Of a stretch of DNA of 64,000 nucleotides, positions 13,301-25,172 are shown one piece after another; position 1 is the first letter of the stretch; each line of letters starts with the position of its first letter. The DNA is taken from contig CM119371.1 of NCBI GenBank assembly GCA_051294905.1, forward strand, positions 18,912,001 through 18,976,000. Reading direction: 5' to 3'. Made by a program: the position numbers and the translations under genes. Origin of the DNA: Botryllus schlosseri (Eukaryota). The notes beneath the pieces are model-generated. The model was given only the letters and a program-made list of their open reading frames with translations. It searched no databases and was not told the DNA's origin.

Positions 13301-15318
13301 GGTAGGCGGCTTTTGGACTTTTTTCGCACAAACTCGATCAATTTGATTGCACGTACATCTATGAATGTCATCATTTGCTGGCCGCCGCTTCTTTCAGCTA
13401 TGAACTCGCGCTCAATTTGTAGTTGTACGGGGCCGTTTTCTATATATCGCCATCTCGTGCCGTTTTGGCATGACGAGAATTGCAATAAAATAAACTCTGA
13501 CACGGAGAGCTTAAGTTTTGTGTGTGTTTTTCGACCAGTTCGTCCGAAAGTGCCTCAGAGCAATCAGACAATCTGCTTTTCAGGCGTCTCGTTGACAGCG
13601 TGGCGACGGAAATTGTCACATAAAACGGCACAGATCGTAACCGCTGTCGCCTACGACCATACCACGTTGAATACACCCGATCTCGTCCGATCTCGGAAGT
13701 CAAGCAACGTTGGGCCCGGTTAGCACTTGCATGGGTGACCGGCAGGGAATACCGGGTGTAGTATTAGGCTGCTTTTGCATTTTTGTCGTACAAACTCGAT
13801 CAATTCGATTGCTGTGCACTATTCTCATATGAACTATCGCGCAAAATTTGTAATTGTAGTCGGCCTAACGCATTTTCATTATATCGCAAACGCCGTAGAG
13901 AAACGGACAATGTCACATAAAACGGCAGAAACTGTCACAATCTGTCGCCTACGACCATACCACGTTGAATATACCCGATCTCGTCCGATCTCGGAAGTCA
14001 AGCAACGTTGGGCCCGGTTAGTACTTGCATGGGTGACCGGCTGGAAATACCGGGTGTAGTAGGCGGCTTTTTCATTTTTTTCGCACAAACTCGATCAATT
14101 TGATCGCTGCGCTGTATTCACGTATGAAGTATCGCGCGAAATTTGTAATTGTAGTCGGCCTAACACATTTTCATGATATCGCAATCTCGTGCTGTTTTGA
14201 CATGACGAAAATTCCAATAAAATAACTACTCTGACAGCGAGAGCGTACTTGTCTGTTTTTCGACCAGACACAAGAACAGAGCAGGACGCCAATGATATTC
14301 GACCTCTAATTGGTCAGAAAGTGCCTCGGCGCAATAAGACTATCTACTATTCTGGCGTCTCGTCGACAGCATGGCGACGGAAATTGTCACATAAAACGGC
14401 ACAAATCGTAACCACTGTCGCCTACGACCATACCACGTTGAATACACCCGATCTCGTCCGATCTCGGAAGTCAAGCAATGTTGGGCCCGGTTAGTACTTG
14501 CATGGGTGACCGGCTGGGAATACCGGGTGTAGGTAGGCGGCTTTTGCATTTTTTGTGCGCAAACTCGATCGTTTTGATTGCAACTGTTTTGTATGCGCAC
14601 GTAGGCCTACGTACAACTATGATTGTCATCATTTGCTGGCCGCCGCTTATTTCAATTGGTAGTTATACTAGGCCTGACACATTGTCATTATATCGAAATC
14701 TCGTGCTGTTTTCACATGACGAAAAGTGCAATAAAATAACTACTCTGACAGCGAGAGCTTACTTGTGTGTTTGTCGACAAGATACAAGAACAGAGCAGGA
14801 TGCCAACGATATTCGACCACTGGCAGATGGGTCGAAAATGCCCCGGCGCAATCAGACAATGTGCTTTTCTGGCGTCTCGTCGACAGCATGGCGACGGAAA
14901 TTGTCACATAAAACGGCACAGATCGTAACCGCTGTCGCCTACGACCATACCACGTTGAATACACCCGATCTCGTCCGATCTCGGAAGTCAAGCAATGTTG
15001 GGCCCGGTTAGTACTTGCATGGGTGACCGGCTGGGAATACCGGGTGTAGGTAGGCGGCTTTTGCACTTTTGTCGCACAAACTCGATCAATTCGATTGCTG
15101 TGCACTATTCTCATATGAACTATCCCGCGGAATTTGTAATTGTAGTCGGCCTAACGCATTTTAATTATATCGCGATCGCCTTATGCTTAGAGAAACGGAC
15201 AATGTCACATAAAACGGCAGAAACTGTCACAATCTGTCGCCTACGACCATACCACGTTGAATATACCCGATCTCGTCCGATCTCGGAAGTCAAGCAACGT
15301 TGGGCCCGGTTAACGGTT

Positions 15319-17867
15319 AACGTAAATGGATTATCAAACAGACTACAGGATTTGGAACAATATATACAGACATCGAATTTGGATATATTATTGATTCAGG
15401 AAACGCATAAGATCGATAATGTGGATATACGTAACTGGGCAGCGGATATCGGATTTATTATCTACTTCAACACAAAGAACGAAGTGAGACAATATTCTGG
15501 CACTGCGATAATGATTAAAGAACATCACGAAGGTAAAATTTTACGCCACTATAGCATGATCGAAAACCGTGCCCAATGCCTCTGCATCCAAATTGACAAA
15601 TGCCCAATAGCCATAATAAATATTTATGCCCCGTCTGGACAATCCGCAGATCAGATGCCAGAAAGTTACGTGACGATTTCCTAATCAAACTAGAATCAGA
15701 AATCCATGAAATTGAAGTCCCGGTTATAATGGGTGGTGATTTCAACCTAATTATTGACAAAAAAGACACTCGAATTAAACAGAACCTCCATGTCAGAAGC
15801 GCCGAGAGACACTTTGAAAAGCTAACTAACGACGCGGAACTGATTGACGTGTTTAGGAGTAAACATCCTCTTGCCGAAGTATTCACTTACGTCACTGGAA
15901 AAAACGCGAGGAGACTAGATCGTTTCTACGCATCTTGTGAACTCATGAGCCACGTCCAGAATGCAGGACATGAAAATAACCTTGTGGCTGACCACATAAG
16001 TCCGACAATAACACTCGCAATTGAGCCAAGCACTCTATGGGGAAGAAAAAATTGGAAGTGTAATAATGACATTTTGCGTGATGACGTGTACCGAGATATA
16101 ATATCTAATCTCATAAGCTTTGAAGAGAATAATATTCAACACTGCCACGGAATTCAACAATGGTGGGACAGACTAAAAGATAGAATTGCCAACGTAAGCA
16201 AGAGATATGAAATAGACAAATATAAAACCTGTGATCCTCAGATAACGTATCAGAGGGTAAAGGGAAAATTGCGCATGTTAACCAAAATTGACCGTTGCGA
16301 AGGTGAACCTAACACGACGAGACAATTTTGGCAAGAATTGAAGACCAGACGGCGCAAGACCGAGCTTAAAGAACTTCAGCTCAGAGATGGAACGGTAACG
16401 ACCGACCGTAATATTATTGCTAACCAGATTGAACAATTTTACACAGAATTGTGGACCCGACACGACGGCATTAATTCGTACGATCAAGACGAATATCTAT
16501 CATCGTACCAACACGACTGCATGCACGGGAAAGACAATGAACAAACATCGGTAATACAATCTAGCGAAATATTACAAATACTGAAAGCAATGAACAGGGA
16601 AAGGTCACCGGGTTTCGACGGCCTGACAGTGGAATTCTACCTTGCAATGTGGCAAAACATTGGTTCGAGATTAACAGAAATCATAAACAACGCGCTAATA
16701 TACGGAAACATACCGCATAGCTGGAAACGTGCTAAAATTATTTTGATTCACAAAGGAAAGGACAAAAAGGATTTAGCGAACTGGCGACCCATTTCGCTGT
16801 TAAACACGGACTACAAAATAATGGCGAAAATTCTCAACAACAGACTGGTTGAGGAAATTTCGAGCAACATCAACATGACACAGAAAGCGGGAATTCCCGG
16901 AAGACAAATGGACGTGATACACAACAATGTGAGTGCAATTGTTAATTATCATCAAGAAAAACCTTTGGAAGGTTATATAATGACAATAGACGCAAGGAAA
17001 GCCTTTGATAAGGTGAATCACCAAATGCTCTTCAAAGTGCTTGGTAAACTGCCCGTCACGAGAGAAACTCTTAAAGTGATCAAAGCTATATATGATAATC
17101 CTATTGCGACCCTTGAGGTTAACGGCCTCCAAGCAGCCAACGTAAATTGTACGAGGGGCATTAGACAAGGATGTCCTTTGAGTATGACGCTATACGCGAT
17201 TAGCGCAGACCCGCTAGCCCACAAATTATGCACTAACGACGGGAAGCGAGTGGCGCAGTTGGTTAAACACTGCAGTCACGACACCAATGGTTGGTGGTTC
17301 GAGTCTCGGCTCTGCCATGTTTCTATGTGTCGGAGGTTTCTCTGGGCTCCTCATCGCCGACCTCACTGCGGTTGCAGTGCATTGAAAAGCCCAGAACGAA
17401 AGTGAGCCGTGGTAGAAGTCGGCAGCAAAGACCACGACGGGGACGCATGGATGTGAGAGAGTCTGACGTATGAATGAGAGAAAGATCGAAGAAGTCGTCC
17501 CCAAGATTACTGAAGACAAAGACCCATGAACTTTACAAATATTCGTGTCGTGGTGCACAAAGCCTGAAAAAGGCGATAAGCGCCACTGTAAATGTGTCAT
17601 TAATAATAATAATAATAATAATGCACTAACGACAACATCAAGGGTATCCGAATCGGCGGGATAGAGCATACATTAGACCAATTTGCTGATGACGTCACAC
17701 TGTATCTAAGAACAACTGACTCTATTGCCACAGTCATCAACGAATATCAAAGCTTGCACAGAGTGACAGGTCAAGATATCAACACAGACAAGACGGAAAT
17801 CCTACCGCTGAACGAAAAATCGCGTATCAAACTGCAAAAAACTGCGCACGCAGATATGCTAAAGCCA
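15319..17867 (+). pseudogene. Disrupted ORF2 (APE endonuclease + partial RT) of copy 1
   Basis: Motifs NVNGL, QETH, GDFN, RLDRFY, WRPISLLNTDYK and GIRQGCPLS are present. It lacks the start, has a 5-bp CAGAT duplication frameshift (15647-15656), carries the SINE insertion and has lost its 3' part. Confidence 0.93.
17241..17620 (+). mobile_element. tRNA-derived SINE (380 bp) nested in the RT domain of copy 1
   Basis: A box TGGCGCAGTTGG, B box GGTTCGAGTC and a (TAA)n tail. The 13-bp TSD ATGCACTAACGAC lies at 17228-17240 and 17621-17633. The insertion is absent from the intact element (empty site around 61226-61238). Confidence 0.93.
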
Positions 17868-20800
17868 CATGACGAAAAGTGCAATAAAATAACTACTCTG
17901 ACAGCGAGAGCTTACTTGTGTGTTTGTCGACAAGATACAAGAACAGAGCAGGATGCCAACTATATTCGACCACTGGCAGATGGGTCGAAAATGCCCCGGC
18001 GCAATCAGACAATGTGCTTTTCTGGCGTCTCGTCGACAGCATGGCGACGGAAATTGTCACATAAAACGGCACAAATCGTAACCACTGTCGCCTACGACCA
18101 TACCACGTTGAATACACCCGATCTCGTCCGATCTCGGAAGTCAAGCAATGTTGGGCCCGGTTAGTACTTGCATGGGTGACCGGCTGGGAATACCGGGTGT
18201 AGGTAGGCGGCTTTTGCATTTTTTGTGCGCAAACTCGATCGTTTTGATTGCAACTGTTTTGTATGCGCACGTAGGCCTACGTACAACTATGATTGTCATC
18301 ATTTGCTGGCCGCCGCTTATTTCAATTGGTAGTTATACTAGGCCTGACACATTGTCATTATATCGAAATCTCGTGCTGTTTTCACATGACGAAAAGTGCA
18401 ATAAAATAACTACTCTGACAGCGAGAGCTTACTTGTGTGTTTGTCGACAAGATACAAGAACAGAGCAGGATGCCAACGATATTCGACCACTGGCAGATGG
18501 GTCGAAAATGCCCCGGCGCAATCAGACAATGTGCTTTTCTGGCGTCTCGTCGACAGCATGGCGACGGAAATTGTCACATAAAACGGCACAGATCGTAACC
18601 GCTGTCGCCTACGACCATACCACGTTGAATACACCCGATCTCGTCCGATCTCGGAAGTCAAGCAATGTTGGGCCCGGTTAGTACTTGCATGGGTGACCGG
18701 CTGGGAATAGCGGGTGTAGGTAGGCGGCTTTTGCACTTTTGTCGCACAAACTCGATCAATTCGATTGCTGTGCACTATTCTCATATGAACTATCCCGCGC
18801 AATTTGTAATTGTAGTCGGCCTAACGCATTTTAATTATATCGCAATCGCCTTATGCTTAGAGAAACGGACAATGTCACATAAAACGGCAGAAACTGTTAC
18901 AATCTGTCGCCTACGACCATACCACGTTGAATATACCCGATCTCGTCCGATCTCGGAAGTCAAGCAACGTTGGGCCCGGTTAGTACTTGCATGGGTGACC
19001 GGCTGGGAATACCGGGTGTAGGTAGGCGGCTTTTGGACTTTTTTCGCACAAACTCGATCAATTTGATTGCACGTACATCTATGAATGTCATCATTTGCTG
19101 GCCGCCGCTTCTTTCAGCTATGAACTCGCGCTCAATTTGTAGTTGTACGGGGCCGTTTTCTATATATCGCCATCTCGTGCCGTTTTGGCATGACGAGAAT
19201 TGCAATAAAATAAACTCTGACACGGAGAGCTTAAGTTTTGTGTGTGTTTTTCGACCAGTTCGTCCGAAAGTGCCTCAGAGCAATCAGACAATCTGCTTTT
19301 CAGGCGTCTCGTTGACAGCGTGGCGACGGAAATTGTCACATAAAACGGCACAGATCGTAACCGCTGTCGCCTACGACCATACCACGTTGAATACACCCGA
19401 TCTCGTCCGATCTCGGAAGTCAAGCAACGTTGGGCCCGGTTAGCACTTGCATGGGTGACCGGCAGGGAATACCGGGTGTAGTATTAGGCTGCTTTTGCAT
19501 TTTTGTCGTACAAACTCGATCAATTCGATTGCTGTGCACTATTCTCATATGAACTATCGCGCAAAATTTGTAATTGTAGTCGGCCTAACGCATTTTCATT
19601 ATATCGCAAACGCCGTAGAGAAACGGACAATGTCACATAAAACGGCAGAAACTGTCACAATCTGTCGCCTACGACCATACCACGTTGAATATACCCGATC
19701 TCGTCCGATCTCGGAAGTCAAGCAACGTTGGGCCCGGTTAGTACTTGCATGGGTGACCGGCTGGAAATACCGGGTGTAGTAGGCGGCTTTTTCATTTTTT
19801 TCGCACAAACTCGATCAATTTGATCGCTGCGCTGTATTCACGTATGAAGTATCGCGCGAAATTTGTAATTGTAGTCGGCCTAACACATTTTCATGATATC
19901 GCAATCTCGTGCTGTTTTGACATGACGAAAATTCCAATAAAATAACTACTCTGACAGCGAGAGCGTACTTGTCTGTTTTTCGACCAGACACAAGAACAGA
20001 GCAGGACGCCAATGATATTCGACCTCTAATTGGTCAGAAAGTGCCTCGGCGCAATAAGACTATCTACTATTCTGGCGTCTCGTCGACAGCATGGCGACGG
20101 AAATTGTCACATAAAACGGCACAAATCGTAACCACTGTCGCCTACGACCATACCACGTTGAATACACCCGATCTCGTCCGATCTCGGAAGTCAAGCAATG
20201 TTGGGCCCGGTTAGTACTTGCATGGGTGACCGGCTGGGAATACCGGGTGTAGGTAGGCGGCTTTTGCATTTTTTGTGCGCAAACTCGATCGTTTTGATTG
20301 CAACTGTTTTGTATGCGCACGTAGGCCTACGTACAACTATGATTGTCATCATTTGCTGGCCGCCGCTTATTTCAATTGGTAGTTATACTAGGCCTGACAC
20401 ATTGTCATTATATCGAAATCTCGTGCTGTTTTCACATGACGAAAAGTGCAATAAAATAACTACTCTGACAGCGAGAGCTTACTTGTGTGTTTGTCGACAA
20501 GATACAAGAACAGAGCAGGATGCCAACGATATTCGACCACTGGCAGATGGGTCGAAAATGCCCCGGCGCAATCAGACAATGTGCTTTTCTGGCGTCTCGT
20601 CGACAGCATGGCGACGGAAATTGTCACATAAAACGGCACAGATCGTAACCGCTGTCGCCTACGACCATACCACGTTGAATACACCCGATCTCGTCCGATC
20701 TCGGAAGTCAAGCAATGTTGGGCCCGGTTAGTACTTGCATGGGTGACCGGCTGGGAATACCGGGTGTAGGTAGGCGGCTTTTGCACTTTTGTCGCACAAA

Positions 20801-21032
20801 CTCGATCAATTCGATTGCTGTGCACTATTCTCATATGAACTATCCCGCGGAATTTGTAATTGTAGTCGGCCTAACGCATTTTAATTATATCGCGATCGCC
20901 TTATGCTTAGAGAAACGGACAATGTCACATAAAACGGCAGAAACTGTCACAATCTGTCGCCTACGACCATACCACGTTGAATATACCCGATCTCGTCCGA
21001 TCTCGGAAGTCAAGCAACGTTGGGCCCGGTTA
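17866..21032 (+). repeat. 5S rDNA array, domain 1b: 8 gene units duplicated from the ~12.4-15.3 kb region
   Basis: Gene starts at 18090, 18607, 18909, 19369, 19667, 20140, 20657 and 20959 (interrupted). Shares diagnostic SNPs at offset 5720, such as GGGAATAGCGGG, TTAGCACTTG and TATCGCGATCG. Confidence 0.93.
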
Positions 21033-21038
21033 ACGGTT

Positions 21039-24000
21039 AACGTAAATGGATTATCAAACAGACTACAGGATTTGGAACAATATATACAGACATCGAATTT
21101 GGATATATTATTGATTCAGGAAACGCATAAGATCGATAATGTGGATATACGTAACTGGGCAGCGGATATCGGATTTATTATCTACTTCAACACAAAGAAC
21201 GAAGTGAGACAATATTCTGGCACTGCGATAATGATTAAAGAACATCACGAAGGTAAAATTTTACGCCACTATAGCATGATCGAAAACCGTGCCCAATGCC
21301 TCTGCATCCAAATTGACAAATGCCCAATAGCCATAATAAATATTTATGCCCCGTCTGGACAATCCGCAGATGCCAGAAAGTTACGTGACGATTTCCTAAT
21401 CAAACTAGAATCAGAAATCCATGAAATTGAAGTCCCGGTTATAATGGGTGGTGATTTCAACCTAATTATTGACAAAAAAGACACTCGAATTAAACAGAAC
21501 CTCCATGTCAGAAGCGCCGAGAGACACTTTGAAAAGCTAACTAACGACGCGGAACTGATTGACGTGTTTAGGAGTAAACATCCTCTTGCCGAAGTATTCA
21601 CTTACGTCACTGGAAAAAACGCGAGGAGACTAGATCGTTTCTACGCATCTTGTGAACTCATGAGCCACGTCCAGAATGCAGGACATGAAAATAACCTTGT
21701 GGCTGACCACATAAGTCCGACAATAACACTCGCAATTGAGCCAAGCACTCTATGGGGAAGAAAAAATTGGAAGTGTAATAATGACATTTTGCGTGATGAC
21801 GTGTACCGAGATATAATATCTAATCTCATAAGCTTTGAAGAGAATAATATTCAACACTGCCACGGAATTCAACAATGGTGGGACAGACTAAAAGATAGAA
21901 TTGCCAACGTAAGCAAGAGATATGAAATAGACAAATATAAAACCTGTGATCCTCAGATAACGTATCAGAGGGTAAAGGGAAAATTGCGCATGTTAACCAA
22001 AATTGACCGTTGCGAAGGTGAACCTAACACGACGAGACAATTTTGGCAAGAATTGAAGACCAGACGGCGCAAGACCGAGCTTAAAGAACTTCAGCTCAGA
22101 GATGGAACGGTAACGACCGACCGTAATATTATTGCTAACCAGATTGAACAATTTTACACAGAATTGTGGACCCGACACGACGGCATTAATTCGTACGATC
22201 AAGACGAATATCTATCATCGTACCAACACGACTGCATGCACGGGAAAGACAATGAACAAACATCGGTAATACAATCTAGCGAAATATTACAAATACTGAA
22301 AGCAATGAACAGGGAAAGGTCACCGGGTTTCGACGGCCTGACAGTGGAATTCTACCTTGCAATGTGGCAAAACATTGGTTCGAGATTAACAGAAATCATA
22401 AACAACGCGCTAATATACGGAAACATACCGCATAGCTGGAAACGTGCTAAAATTATTTTGATTCACAAAGGAAAGGACAAAAAGGATTTAGCGAACTGGC
22501 GACCCATTTCGCTGTTAAACACGGACTACAAAATAATGGCGAAAATTCTCAACAACAGACTGGTTGAGGAAATTTCGAGCAACATCAACATGACACAGAA
22601 AGCGGGAATTCCCGGAAGACAAATGGACGTGATACACAACAATGTGAGTGCAATTGTTAATTATCATCAAGAAAAACCTTTGGAAGGTTATATAATGACA
22701 ATAGACGCAAGGAAAGCCTTTGATAAGGTGAATCACCAAATGCTCTTCAAAGTGCTTGGTAAACTGCCCGTCACGAGAGAAACTCTTAAAGTGATCAAAG
22801 CTATATATGATAATCCTATTGCGACCCTTGAGGTTAACGGCCTCCAAGCAGCCAACGTAAATTGTACGAGGGGCATTAGACAAGGATGTCCTTTGAGTAT
22901 GACGCTATACGCGATTAGCGCAGACCCGCTAGCCCACAAATTATGCACTAACGACGGGAAGCGAGTGGCGCAGTTGGTTAAACACTGCAGTCACGACACC
23001 AATGGTTGGTGGTTCGAGTCTCGGCTCTGCCATGTTTCTATGTGTCGGAGGTTTCTCTGGGCTCCTCATCGCCGACCTCACTGCGGTTGCAGTGCATTGA
23101 AAAGCCCAGAACGAAAGTGAGCCGTGGTAGAAGTCGGCAGCAAAGACCACGACGGGGACGCATGGATGTGAGAGAGTCTGACGTATGAATGAGAGAAAGA
23201 TCGAAGAAGTCGTCCCCAAGATTACTGAAGACAAAGACCCATGAACTTTACAAATATTCGTGTCGTGGTGCACAAAGCCTGAAAAAGGCGATAAGCGCCA
23301 CTGTAAATGTGTCATTAATAATAATAATAATAATAATGCACTAACGACAACATCAAGGGTATCCGAATCGGCGGGATAGAGCATACATTAGACCAATTTG
23401 CTGATGACGTCACACTGTATCTAAGAACAACTGACTCTATTGCCACAGTCATCAACGAATATCAAAGCTTGCACAGAGTGACAGGTCAAGATATCAACAC
23501 AGACAAGACGGAAATCCTACCGCTGAACGAAAAATCGCGTATCAAACTGCAAAAAACTGCGCACGCAGATATGCTAAAGCCAGTAATTAAGATACTGGGC
23601 CTATACCACGGTGAAAGCGAACTGCAAATGAACTTCGACAGACTCTGGCAAGGAGTCGAGAAAAGCGTAAGGCATATTAAATCAAAACGACTTTCTTGGA
23701 TTGGTAAAATAATGGCGATTAAGGCATACATAATTAGCAAAATAACTTATACATATGCCAACAAGCAAATTCCAGGCGACAAGCTCAAGCAACTCGAACG
23801 CCTCGTCTTCGGCCTACTGTGGAGTCCTGAGAAACTCGAGCAAAAAAGCAGAATGCAACTGATCAGACCTAAGCCAGAAGGAGGGATTGATATGCCAGAT
23901 ATCGAATCTGCAACACAAGCAAAGAGAGCAAAAAGACTACAACAACTTAGTCGACTCGAGAACCCGATTGATATCTGGCATGCAGAAGCGATATACAATC

Positions 24001-24680
24001 TCACAACGAAGGTGAGCGACATAAATTGCAATTTATACAACAACCTCTACCCTCACAGAAATACATTGACGGAGGAATGGAAGAAGGAAAAGGAAATATT
24101 CGACGTAATTAAAAGCCGATCACAGGATATACAAGAACTAAGCCAGAAAGAAATGTACAAAATCCTTGTTAAAACGAAGACGCAACAAGGAGGAAGCCGC
24201 ATGGCGGACTGGAAAGAGATATGGCTATACCAGCCCAATATCAAAGATCACATTGACAACAAGAAACGTGAGATTTCGTATCGAATTAACACTGAGAGCT
24301 ACTTTACAGGCTCCAGAAAAACCAACGAAGGCTGGGTAAGAAGAAAAGACGCCTACTTGAAAAACAAATGCAAATTCTGCCAACACGCCGAAGATACTCT
24401 GCGTCACACCTTCGCCGAATGCGCAACTTACAAAAAACTGTTCTCTCTTGTAATACAGGATCTCGAGAACGACCTGCAAACGACTATTGACGCTACACCC
24501 GACGAGATCATACGCAACGTCTACGACGGACCGCAAGCTCCGACTATAATAAAAGCTTTTATGAACGTGAAAACCCTTGTGTGGGAATGGAAAAACGCAC
24601 TCGACATACAAAATGAATACGCCCAAAATATTGACCAACGCATCCAAGATATAAGAAGTAAAATATACCGAATAATTTAA
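21039..24680 (+). pseudogene. ORF2 (APE-RT-Zn finger) of copy 2, lacking the first 10 codons and interrupted by a SINE
   Basis: Collinear with the 1092-aa ORF at 59894-63172. The SINE introduces stops 16 codons before the FADD motif. The C-terminal CKFC-X8-H-X4-C is present. Confidence 0.95.
22956..23335 (+). mobile_element. tRNA-derived SINE (380 bp) nested in the RT domain of copy 2
   Basis: A box at 22966-22977, B box at 23011-23020 and a (TAA)7 tail at 23316-23336. The TSD ATGCACTAACGAC lies at 22943-22955 and 23336-23348. Confidence 0.94.
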
Positions 24681-25172
24681 GCGAGCCATTTAAACGCTCA
24701 CGCGATAAATCATGTTGCATTTATCGACCCGCAAAACGCAACCAATCCACCTACAACCTATCCAAACCACCAAACCTCCCATCCCACTCTACCCCACCCC
24801 TAAACCAACACCTACTCCCCCAATCTACCATATCCACCACCACCCATGCCCTATTCCTACCCCACCCACCCCTACCCTATTCCTACCCCACCCACCACCA
24901 CTCCGCCGAATTTATATGAAAATCAGACGCAAACGAGCGCCAAGTACTGGCGGCTCCTTCTACGACCGCGACCACGAATCGACATCGACTGCTACGATGA
25001 GATGAGATGAGACGAGCGACTACGAGCGCCAACTTACGACGGCGTCTACTACGACCGCGTATACAAATCCTACTTCGGCAACGGCTGAGACGAGATGACC
25101 CGATGATGGGGAAAGATTTTCTTTATGAAATTTTTGAAATTTTATGTACATATTTGAATAAACATCACAAAA
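24681..25172 (+). other. 3' UTR of retrotransposon copy 2 with C-rich tract, AATAAA (25157-25162) and A4 tail
   Basis: Lies between the ORF2 stop and the 3' junction and is homologous to 59405-59893 on the minus strand. Confidence 0.88.

Larger units (their letters stand above)
1..15312 (+). repeat. 5S rDNA tandem array, domain 1a: about 40 gene units with heterogeneous spacers
   Basis: Gene starts at 145, 440, 725, 1188, 1705, 2007, 2467, 2765, 3238, 3533, 3821, 4294, 4811, 5113, 5411, 5884, 6401, 6703, 7163, 7463, 7923, 8221 ... 14937, 15239. The last gene is interrupted after nt 74. Unit lengths are 285-302, 460-473 and 517 bp. Confidence 0.96.
15313..17867 (+). mobile_element. Copy 1 of the 5S-targeting L1/Tx1-clade non-LTR retrotransposon, truncated at both ends
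   Basis: Begins after 5S nt 74 with the same junction as copy 2 and is near-identical to 21033-23582. It ends at AAAGCCA, fused to spacer sequence CACATGACG through a 2-bp CA microhomology. Confidence 0.95.
21033..25172 (+). mobile_element. Copy 2 of the 5S-targeting L1/Tx1-clade retrotransposon: 5'-truncated, complete 3' end
   Basis: Flanked by 5S nt 1-74 (20959-21032) and nt 69-118 (25173-25222). CGGTTA occurs on both sides (21027-21032, 25173-25178). The 3' end is AATAAA-CATCAC-AAAA. Confidence 0.97.

Noticed and set aside
22956..23035. Stand-alone tRNA gene
   Set aside because: A and B boxes are present, but I see no convincing acceptor or anticodon stems. It is the head of a TSD-flanked SINE.
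20715..23120. 801-aa ORF fusing 5S/spacer-derived codons in frame to EN-RT (also 14995-15684)
   Set aside because: A chance in-frame junction. The N-terminus crosses Pol III genes and terminators, and the ORF stops inside the SINE before the catalytic FADD.
23076..23125. Twister or hammerhead ribozyme in the SINE (AAGCCCAGAACGAAAGTGAG)
   Set aside because: Only superficial similarity. There is no CUGANGA core and the twister P4/cleavage-site elements are missing.
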